This document shows, in pieces, positions 29,501 to 36,801 of a DNA stretch of 64,000 nt (within the stretch, counting starts at the first letter, position 1; each line of letters starts with the position of its first letter). The notes below the pieces were generated by a model. It saw nothing but the letters and a program-made list of their open reading frames with translations. It made no database searches and had not been told where the DNA came from. The position numbers and the translations under genes are program-made. This DNA is from an uncultured archaeon. GTDB taxonomy: Archaea; Asgardarchaeota; Lokiarchaeia; Sigyniarchaeales; SOKP01. The DNA lies in assembly GCA_964525635.1 (NCBI GenBank), contig CAZGJX010000001.1, forward strand, positions 40,807 through 104,806. The letters are read 5' to 3'.

Positions 29501-30300
29501 TTTATATGTTCCGCATTAACAGCACTTCCAAGAACATCTGTCAAATCCTTAATTGAGCTTTCTAACATAGAATAAGTTATACTAAAATTATTTGTTGAAA
29601 GAATATCTACGGATAATGTAGCTGAGTTTAATTCATTTTTCTTCAATTGAGTTGCACTAGGATTGATATTTCCTAAAGGATCACTAACAACTGAATCGTA
29701 AATAATTGGAGTTGGAAATAAGGTAGGAATTGCAAATGATGTAGGACCGGTTTGAGAAGGGGACATAGGCATAGAAACTTTCAGTTCATTTGAAGGATAA
29801 GGTTGAAAGCCAGGTTCATAACTATGACTTTCAAGAGAATAGGAACAGTCCCATGAACTTTCTAAAAATTGATCATAACATCCAAATTTCCATAAATTAT
29901 CAGAAAGTCCCACTACACTTGCATAATCATATAGTCTGAACACTTCTATTTCTGAGAAAAAAAGTCCTGCAAGTAAAGCAGCGAGGGCAGCCAAGTCCAA
30001 ATCGTCAAAATCTGCATCCAATAAATCTAATAAATCCTGTGGATCTAAACCTAATGCATCAAATAAATCTAGTAAATCTTCAATGTCCCAAGGGAAAGGG
30101 GGATCCGTAAGAATAGGGGTTTCAGGTTCTGTTCCCTCTAGTTGTTTATTAGGATTTAAACGCGGGGAACCAAAAAACCAGCTAAAAATTACAACAGAAT
30201 AAGCAAATAATGCTACTAAAATAACACAAACGAGTGCTAAAGTAATAATTCTTTTTTTTGTAACTCTTGGACCAAGAAGTTCTTCATGTAATCCAGACAT
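26521..30300 (-). CDS. Giant membrane-anchored transglutaminase-like protein with multiple Ig-like/CarboxypepD_reg-like repeats
   Basis: 1259 aa with an N-terminal TM helix. Transglutaminase core FATTFCVFARVFGIPSRFVDGF...YNWAEVF...WIQVDV (about 29040..29290). Repeated TD(V/I)NG...Y motifs (TDVNGVASAYV, TDVNGEAIYYY, TDINGEFQF, TDSQGDFTY). Confidence 0.7.
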   Translation of the reverse strand: MSGLHEELLGPRVTKKRIITLALVCVILVALFAYSVVIFSWFFGSPRLNPNKQLEGTEPETPILTDPPFPWDIEDLLDLFDALGLDPQDLLDLLDADFDDLDLAALAALLAGLFFSEIEVFRLYDYASVVGLSDNLWKFGCYDQFLESSWDCSYSLESHSYEPGFQPYPSNELKVSMPMSPSQTGPTSFAIPTLFPTPIIYDSVVSDPLGNINPSATQLKKNELNSATLSVDILSTNNFSITYSMLESSIKDLTDVLGSAVNAEHINQSMDDDYGQLPTDRVTYRQRNGDFELHYNALNALIDNSTDNAATIALTIQSYLQNNFNFGFNAMSADPPEDGEDIAYWFCENEEGVWSDFATTFCVFARVFGIPSRFVDGFNSRYIAEETDGTGDYIPIKYKNMYNWAEVFIPTDIDGTGEWIQVDVCGNVDPFASSGDYDLTLVSNFSSGHRNVGHVANLTAILTSSSNQSISGRPILFYDAYMDNFIGTDPVETDVNGVASAYVSIDDSQTAGLHQIVASYGKTIDNVTYSVLGSFSDPDNDLYLNLNSVNPSTVNYPGNPPTIEISGDLTDPLNSSKKGRFGVVTFQLYTKYTHLLVPGALSYGLITTGSTGEFIKEIITINMGVTPSGVYEIEASFNGIWLYGIENLVNDTDSIEINITKPEVYSLSFYINDFEAGDVTSPEIARSSTLELKAIVRDELGLPVPNKSIGFFDSNFNLLGGDDTDVNGEAIYYYTVNNSIPAGPNKLYARLGTSNVNSSYYILNDSMAFSVLNHSPMPFQIDNTPDYDGTYLFNISGYLRDSFSNPIKNADLTVHMYDGPTEVSSYLILRSAPSTLRTDDTGYFNIQHRVSSITPEGFYRIEVRFDGYFTYPGAEPDFNFIGHPNFNAAADTTSDLEVMDPSNIEILFEIDGIPAIDTYNYDDFNLPNQYNRGDSISFEVWVSQYGTGVDSGTVRFYDEDQNGAEIGSYTYTGSEIPDGYCNIVVGTGNWKAGIHLITVSWGGFNKYNLTYIIINESASIDINPLAPASESIIRDSESFSVSGTVFDIYGDLRGVEVSINLFDSFNQDVSAYIITSNRYLRTDINGEFQFNNLYIDQTLAQGEYKIRIDFKGAILHSDPFLGCSISLSEGPYMVNFESSFTFINITADTSISGFYNRTFIPDWYTGDMCNVFGTLSWDNSTGITNVYVQIIVYDSVLGILNSTVVLTDSQGDFTYSFLVTDNWNEPTTTITVYFYPNDTYSYPEAGYIEESNRELQHQT

Positions 30301-30529
30301 AAAAAATTTTACTCAATAAGCCTAAATATTTAGAATATAATCTAAATCATAATATAAATAATTTTCTAAGTTTCTAAAAATTCTGATTGAAAGAACATAA
30401 CTATATTGGTTATATGTGATCTAAATTTAAATGTTCAAGGATTATATAAAAAAATCCTATAAAATAATACTTTCTTAATTAAAGAATATATTATCCACTC
30501 CATTAAAAAAGGAAAATAAATAAAAGATT

Positions 30530-31327
30530 TTAGAATTCAAATCCACATTTAGTACAAATATTTTTTTTAGCGTAAGTTGGTTTAGGAATATAACTTATAA
30601 TTCTGGTTTTATCCTCAACCTCTTTTATAGCAGGACCTGATGCTGCGCAATTTGGACATATTTTTCTTTTTGTATCAAATGTACTCGTTTCGATTGGAGC
30701 ACTTGATATTGTACCATACGAGGATTGTTGTTCTGACGTTCCTTGACCCAAACTTGAGGCCATAACGGCTTTAGGTTCTTTTAATTCTTCAATGCGTTTA
30801 TTTTTATAGGATAGTTCTTGTTGTAGACCAGTTAATTGAGATTGTAAGGGTCCTATTTGTTGTTGAAGTGTCATATTTTCTTGTTCTATTTGTTGGACTT
30901 TTGTTTGTAATGTCCCTTTTTCTTGATTTATTTGGGCAATTTTACCCTCATATCCCTGAAGTTGGGCTTGAAAATTACTTACATTACCTCTTAATTGTCG
31001 AAGTTCTTTATCTTTTTCAAGAAGTATTCCATTTAATTCATTAACTTGTCTCCTAAGAGAAGCAATCTCATCTTGGGAAGCTATAGAAGGTTGAGGTGGA
31101 GGTGAAATTCCTTGATCTTGTTGTGAATACATACTTGAGGGGGGAGTGGGGGGTGTTATTGGTAACGAAGATGGAGGTATTGGGGGGCCTTGTCTTGGAG
31201 GAGGGGGAATCATTGGAGGATGAATGCTTGGTGGAGGTATATTAGGAGGGGGCGGAATAGAAGGTCGTTCAAGACCTCTCCTTTGAGCTTCTTTCTTTTT
31301 TTGTTCATCATCATTCTGATACGACAT
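30530..31327 (-). CDS. Proline-rich / coiled-coil / C-terminal zinc-ribbon protein
   Basis: 265 aa. Residues ~20-75 are polyproline-rich (PSIPPPPNIPPPSIHPPMIPPPPRQGPPIPP...). These are followed by Q/L-rich heptad-like repeats and then CPNC...CTKCG. Confidence 0.6.
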   Translation of the reverse strand: MSYQNDDEQKKKEAQRRGLERPSIPPPPNIPPPSIHPPMIPPPPRQGPPIPPSSLPITPPTPPSSMYSQQDQGISPPPQPSIASQDEIASLRRQVNELNGILLEKDKELRQLRGNVSNFQAQLQGYEGKIAQINQEKGTLQTKVQQIEQENMTLQQQIGPLQSQLTGLQQELSYKNKRIEELKEPKAVMASSLGQGTSEQQSSYGTISSAPIETSTFDTKRKICPNCAASGPAIKEVEDKTRIISYIPKPTYAKKNICTKCGFEF

Positions 31328-31432
31328 AATATATCAATTTAAAATAATTAGTAATTATATTTGATTAAACATAATAAATAAATTCGAACATATATATAAA
31401 ATTATAGCAAAAAAAAGATTGAACGAATAAAT

Positions 31433-32521
31433 TTAAAAACAATGCCAAAATGAGGATAAATTAGATTTGAGTGTTGGAATTAATTTTCCATTTATATAAT
31501 TTAACAAGTCTTTATCCGAATTTCTTGGGCTCTCTTCAATAAGATTCTTATCATCATTATTTAATACTCTTAAACAATTATATACTGCTCTTGTTTGTTT
31601 ATCTATTTCATACCCTCCTTCTAGAGTTAGTAAAATTCTATCTTTAGCATATTCATGAGCTATTTCTTTTATTTTTTTTAAATAATTCGCTGGTCCATGA
31701 TAAGTCCAACCCATATTCGTAAGTCTATCTGTCCAATGTGTATCAAACCCCGCAGATATAAGTATAAATTCTGGTTTAAATTCTTGGCAAATAGGAGCTA
31801 TAATTTCATTAAAAAATATTATATTAACATCGTCACCTGCTTTTGGAGGCATTGGAAAATTTATTATTGTTCCTTCTCCTTTTTTATTTCCAATATCATT
31901 AATAAATCCAGTTCCAGGATAGAGTGTCCTCCCATCCTGATGAGAATCAAAAAAGACAATTTTTCCATTTTCAGAACCATCATAAAAAATGTCAGATGTT
32001 CCATTTCCAGCATGACAATCCCAATCAATAATTGCTACTCTATTAATTCCTTTTTCCCGAAATAAATACTCTGCAGCTATCGCTATATTATTAAAAATAC
32101 AAAATCCAGAACATTTATATGAATTTGAATGATGTCCAGGGGGTCTTACAAGAGCAAAACAATTCTTTATATCTCCAGATATAATTTTATCAATTCCTTC
32201 TAAATTTCCACCAACAGAAAATAATGATGCTTCATAGGTTTTTGCAGAAATAGAAGTATCCATATCAAGACTTTGTATATGACCTGTTGAACCCGCTATT
32301 TCACTTAATTTCTTTATTTCTTCAATTAAATGTTCTGTATGAACATATTTGATTTGATCAAGTGTCGCCTGTCTTGGTTTTATTATTCTAAATTCAGAGT
32401 GATCCCAAATATGATTTTCTTCTAAGAAATGTTTTATAGCTATTAACCGTTCATGTGATTCGACATGAAGCCCTATACGATGTTCTAAATATATATCATC
32501 ATAAACAATACCAGTTGTCAT
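31433..32521 (-). CDS. Histone deacetylase-family (class II HDAC / acetoin utilisation AcuC-like) deacetylase
   Basis: 362 aa containing RPPGHHS, IIDWDCHAGNGT, SAGFDTH and LEGGY. Confidence 0.85.
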   Translation of the reverse strand: MTTGIVYDDIYLEHRIGLHVESHERLIAIKHFLEENHIWDHSEFRIIKPRQATLDQIKYVHTEHLIEEIKKLSEIAGSTGHIQSLDMDTSISAKTYEASLFSVGGNLEGIDKIISGDIKNCFALVRPPGHHSNSYKCSGFCIFNNIAIAAEYLFREKGINRVAIIDWDCHAGNGTSDIFYDGSENGKIVFFDSHQDGRTLYPGTGFINDIGNKKGEGTIINFPMPPKAGDDVNIIFFNEIIAPICQEFKPEFILISAGFDTHWTDRLTNMGWTYHGPANYLKKIKEIAHEYAKDRILLTLEGGYEIDKQTRAVYNCLRVLNNDDKNLIEESPRNSDKDLLNYINGKLIPTLKSNLSSFWHCF

Positions 32522-32648
32522 AAAAATATTCTCTTATATTGATCAACTAATCCAAATTACTTTTTTATTAAGGATTTAATTATTTTTATATTTATACGTT
32601 TTTTTTATTATTTAGAATAAATATAATTATGAATTCAGTAAAAATAAT

Positions 32649-33179
32649 ATGAGTGAAAAAGAGGATTTTAAGTTAAAAATTATTGTAATTGGTCAACCAG
32701 CCGTTGGGAAGACTAGCTTAGTTAGAAAATTTGTTTCCGGGGAATTTAATAAAGATTATCGAAGTACAATTGGTACAAATATCTATATAAAAGATGTTGT
32801 TTTAGAGGATGGTCGTAAAGTTATTCTTAATATATGGGATATTGCAGGACAGGAAAGATGGATTAGAATGAGAAATAGATATTATAATGGAACGCAGGGT
32901 GCTGTTATTGTAGGAGATTTATCAAGAAAAAGAACTTTTGAAAATATTGAAAAATTTTGGTACCCTGATTTAAAAGTACATAATCTTTTAATTCCAATAA
33001 TATTAATTGGAAATAAACATGATCTCGAAGCTGAAATCTCCAATCAAGAAGTTGAAGATTTAAAGAGAAGAATAAAGGCGGAATTATTTATAACCACTTC
33101 AGCAAAAACTGGAGAAAATGTAAATGAAATCTTCCAAAAATTATCAAAAAAAATATTAGATGCTATCAATAACAAATAA
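32649..33179 (+). CDS. Ras-superfamily small GTPase, Rab/Ras-like
   Basis: 176 aa with G1 GQPAVGKTS, G2 YRSTIG, G3 WDIAGQERW, G4 GNKHDL and G5 TSAKTG. There is no C-terminal Cys prenylation motif (the protein ends DAINNK). Confidence 0.85.
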   Translation: MSEKEDFKLKIIVIGQPAVGKTSLVRKFVSGEFNKDYRSTIGTNIYIKDVVLEDGRKVILNIWDIAGQERWIRMRNRYYNGTQGAVIVGDLSRKRTFENIEKFWYPDLKVHNLLIPIILIGNKHDLEAEISNQEVEDLKRRIKAELFITTSAKTGENVNEIFQKLSKKILDAINNK

Positions 33180-33296
33180 AATGTTTAATGATTTATTACG
33201 AGAGAAACAAATATTTATTTATTATCTTAACCAAAATCTCATTATATCTTTATTATTTTATTATTATTAATTAAATTTTAAGTAAATGATATTAAA

Positions 33297-34004
33297 ATGG
33301 AAGTTAGAAACGAAGAGCATATAAAAGGTGGGGAAAAAATTCGAAGTTTTATTTTGGGATTTAATGATGGCCTCATTTCTACTTTCACATTATTGGTTGG
33401 AGTAGCTGCTGCCACATTAGCTTCAGGAAATAATGCAATAATAATTCTTACAGGTGTGGCAGCAATGGTTTCTGGTGCAACCAGTATGGGTTTGGGAGAA
33501 TACATTTCATCAAAAAGTGAAGCAAAATATATTAAAAATGAATTGAGAAGAGAAAAAGCAGAAATAAAATTATTTCCAGAAGAAGAAAAACAAGAAGTAA
33601 AAGAAATTTTGCAAACATGGGGTTTTGATGGTGATTTACTTGAGAGAGGAGTTAGGAAAATAATATCTAATGAAGATATTTGGTTAGATTTTCTAATAAA
33701 GGAGGAATTAGGGTTAGAAGAACCAGAAAATCCATTAATTGGGGGAGGGCTTACCTTTTTTGCTTTTATATGTGGTGCAATAACAACACTTTTTCCATAT
33801 TTTTTAAAATTAGGAATGGTCTCTTTAATTTTATCTTCCATAATTTCCTTTGTAATGTTATTCAGTGTTGGTGCTGCAAAAACAAAGATTACAGGAGAAA
33901 AAGCAATAAAAAGTGCTATAGAAATGGTAATAGTGGGAATTATTGCATTTTTAGTTTCTTATTTTGTTGGTTTATGGCTTGAGCAAATTATACCTGCTTT
34001 ATAG
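33297..34004 (+). CDS. VIT1/CCC1-family iron/manganese transporter
   Basis: 235 aa with GFNDGLISTFTLLVGVAAA and GLGEYISSKSE, a cytoplasmic metal-binding helical insert, and 5 TM helices. Confidence 0.75.
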   Translation: MEVRNEEHIKGGEKIRSFILGFNDGLISTFTLLVGVAAATLASGNNAIIILTGVAAMVSGATSMGLGEYISSKSEAKYIKNELRREKAEIKLFPEEEKQEVKEILQTWGFDGDLLERGVRKIISNEDIWLDFLIKEELGLEEPENPLIGGGLTFFAFICGAITTLFPYFLKLGMVSLILSSIISFVMLFSVGAAKTKITGEKAIKSAIEMVIVGIIAFLVSYFVGLWLEQIIPAL

Positions 34005-34081
34005 AATTTAGAATGTGGTCAAAACCTGACAAATTGGAAAATATATAACTTTTATTATTTGTAAGAAAAGTGCGTATTCTA

Positions 34082-34651
34082 TTAGATAATCTCCTTAAAA
34101 AATGTCTGATTATGATCACATATTGGACATTTTTCTGGAAGATTGCCAAATTCAATATTTCCACAAATTTGACACACATAAATTCTTTTTGATTTAATAG
34201 ATTGCCCTTTTTTTAATAATTTCAAATATAAAGAGAAAAGTTTTGCATGAATCCTTTCAGCGTCTCTTGCTAATGAAAATGATAGTTCAGCTATATAATT
34301 ACCTTGACTAATCGCGTTTTTTTTGAATTTTTTATACATTACTTTTGTCTCATACAGTTCACCATTAATTGCATTTTGTAAGTTGGAGAGTGTATCTTTC
34401 ACCTTATTTTTTAACATTTCTTGATCAGGTATCCCTATTTCTTTAAAGTTATTTGTAGAATTAGTAATAACAGATAGAGCTTTAAAATGGTTCTTTATAT
34501 GAATGCTTTCTGCAAATGATGTAGCTCTAAAAAGATGTGCGACTTCATTTAAACTCTCTTTTATAGCATTCTCAGAAAATAATTCATATTTTATTTTAGC
34601 ATTATTTTCTCCATTAATTGCTTCCTTTAAATTATCTATAACTATGGACAT
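34082..34651 (-). CDS. rbr: Rubrerythrin
   Basis: 189 aa. A ferritin-like four-helix bundle with E...ExxH pairs (FAESIH, DAERIH) plus a C-terminal rubredoxin-like CQICG...CPICD. Confidence 0.85.
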   Translation of the reverse strand: MSIVIDNLKEAINGENNAKIKYELFSENAIKESLNEVAHLFRATSFAESIHIKNHFKALSVITNSTNNFKEIGIPDQEMLKNKVKDTLSNLQNAINGELYETKVMYKKFKKNAISQGNYIAELSFSLARDAERIHAKLFSLYLKLLKKGQSIKSKRIYVCQICGNIEFGNLPEKCPICDHNQTFFKEII

Positions 34652-34706
34652 TTTAATTACTTAAAGTTTAGATTTTTTATATTTGCTTAAGTTGGTAATT
34701 CAATAT

Positions 34707-36794
34707 TTAATCCTTATTATTGATTAATTTATCAGCAGTAATAAAATTTAAACTTTTATTATATAACTTTCTGGTATTATGATAATTATCTTTAAAAGTT
34801 ATTTTTTCATAAAGTTTTTTATCTAATTCTTCAATAAAGCGAGAGATTTTTAAACAATTATATTTTTTGTATGTATTAGATTCTTCAGGGGTTATTAAAA
34901 ATAATTCATCTTTTGCTCGAGTTAAGGCCACATAAAAAATTCTTCTCTCTTCTTCTAATTTATATTGATCAGTAATATTTCCGACTGAGGGAAATAGGTT
35001 TTCTGAAAGTGATATAATAAACACAAATTTCCATTCAAGGCCTTTAGCTCTATGTATAGTAGATAAGACAACATGATCATTTAATTCTGCATCTTTATTA
35101 GTAGAGATATTTTTAATTTCATTGGTTCTTAAATTCAAATCATCTAATAATTCTTTAATTGTTGAAAATTCTTCATAAATTTCCTTCAATGTATTTATAT
35201 CTTTTAATCTTTTTTCTGAATTATTATAATTCTTTACAAGGTAATCTTTAATAAATTTCATAGTTTGATTAAAAATCTCAATGGGAATTGATTTAGAACT
35301 GAGATTCTTGAAATACTCAACAAATTCAGATACATTTTCAATTGACTTTTTATTTAATCTTATATTGCTTAAATTTTGAGGGGTCAATTCATATGAGAAA
35401 ATAGATTCTCTTAAATTTTCTTCTGATATAATTTTTTGAATAATTTTCTCTGCATTTACTTTCCCCAATCCAGGAATAATCGCAAAAATTCTTCTCCAAG
35501 CTAATTCATCATGATGATTTAGAATGATTTTAGAGAATGCAATGATATCTTTTATATGAGATTGCTCAAAAAAAGAAATTCCTGAACGAATTATAAAAGG
35601 TATTTTATGAGATTGAAGTTGTTTCTGTAAAGTCAATGAATGAAAATTTGAACGATATAAAATTGAAATATCTGAATATGAGAATCCTCTTTTTCTAACT
35701 TCTTCAATTTTTTCAATAATAAAATTTGCTTGCTCAAGATCATTAATAACTGTTATATGTATTGGTTTCTTTTGATTTCTTCGAGTTGACATCATTTTTT
35801 TTGAGAATTGGATTTTATTATTAAATATTGAATTATTAGCTAAATCTAGAATTTCAGATGTTGATCGATAATTATGAGTCAATTTATATTTTTTCATATT
35901 AGGAAACCATTTTCCAAAATTTAAAAGATTTCTAAAATTAGCTCCACGGAATCCATAAATACTCTGAGCATCATCTCCTACGACCATAATATTTTTATTA
36001 ATATGAGCTATTTTATAAATTATCTGAGCTTGTAAATAATTAGTATCTTGATATTCATCAACCAAAATATACTTTATTTTTTCTGCAATATTTTGAGCTA
36101 TTTCTTTTGTATTGAGTAATTTATTCCAGATAACAAGAAGATCATTAAAATCCACAAAGTTATTATATCTTTTTCTTGATTCGTATTTCTTTGATATCTC
36201 TTTTAAAATATTGATATATTCACCCTTTGCATAGTAAGGATAGTTCTCTTTTAAGATTGTTATTATCGATTTATTTCTATTAATTGCATTTGATAAAATT
36301 TTAAAACATAATTTAGGAGAGGGTACATCTTCTAAGATTTTATTTGTATAATTTTCATCAATTAGTAATTTAATTAAAGATAGAGAATCAGATTGGTCAA
36401 TTATGGAATAAGCTGGTTTTAAACCTGCTTGTTGAGTATAAATTCTAATAAATCTATTAGCTAGAGAATGAAAAGTCCCGCCCCATAAACCCTTTAGTTC
36501 ATAACCTAATAAGGCTTCAACTCTTTTTAACATTTCATCAGTTGCTTTATTTGTAAAGGTGACTAACATTATCTCAGAAGGTTTTATTCCATCACTTATT
36601 AATTTCGCTACACTGTAAGTGATTACCCTTGTTTTTCCTGATCCTGCTCCTGCAATAACAATCATAGGACCTATGATGTTATTAACTATTACTAGTTGTT
36701 CCTTATTTAAATTAGACTCAAAGAATTCATTATTAAAAAATCTTTTAGATTTATCCCCTTTTGGCTCCTGTAGGTTTTTTAAAAACTTTTCCAT
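34707..36794 (-). CDS. UvrD/PcrA/Rep-type SF1 DNA helicase
   Basis: 695 aa containing AGAGSGKTRV (Walker A), VDEYQDTN, VGDDAQSIYGFRGA, TIHRAKGLEW and YVALTRAK. It starts 8 nt after the mcm stop on the same strand. Confidence 0.9.
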   Translation of the reverse strand: MEKFLKNLQEPKGDKSKRFFNNEFFESNLNKEQLVIVNNIIGPMIVIAGAGSGKTRVITYSVAKLISDGIKPSEIMLVTFTNKATDEMLKRVEALLGYELKGLWGGTFHSLANRFIRIYTQQAGLKPAYSIIDQSDSLSLIKLLIDENYTNKILEDVPSPKLCFKILSNAINRNKSIITILKENYPYYAKGEYINILKEISKKYESRKRYNNFVDFNDLLVIWNKLLNTKEIAQNIAEKIKYILVDEYQDTNYLQAQIIYKIAHINKNIMVVGDDAQSIYGFRGANFRNLLNFGKWFPNMKKYKLTHNYRSTSEILDLANNSIFNNKIQFSKKMMSTRRNQKKPIHITVINDLEQANFIIEKIEEVRKRGFSYSDISILYRSNFHSLTLQKQLQSHKIPFIIRSGISFFEQSHIKDIIAFSKIILNHHDELAWRRIFAIIPGLGKVNAEKIIQKIISEENLRESIFSYELTPQNLSNIRLNKKSIENVSEFVEYFKNLSSKSIPIEIFNQTMKFIKDYLVKNYNNSEKRLKDINTLKEIYEEFSTIKELLDDLNLRTNEIKNISTNKDAELNDHVVLSTIHRAKGLEWKFVFIISLSENLFPSVGNITDQYKLEEERRIFYVALTRAKDELFLITPEESNTYKKYNCLKISRFIEELDKKLYEKITFKDNYHNTRKLYNKSLNFITADKLINNKD

Positions 36795-36801
36795 ATAGAT
36801 C

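Noticed and set aside
31697-32065. 122-aa plus-strand ORF inside the HDAC-family gene
   Set aside because: It is antisense to a gene with all HDAC motifs, and the product is Ile/Lys/Phe/Asn-rich with nothing recognisable.
33278-33841. 187-aa ORF on the minus strand overlapping the VIT1 gene (plus 33680..33982 + and 33988..34179 -)
   Set aside because: It is antisense or alternative-frame to a gene with clear VIT1/CCC1 motifs. The product is Ser/Pro/Phe-rich low complexity with no family features.
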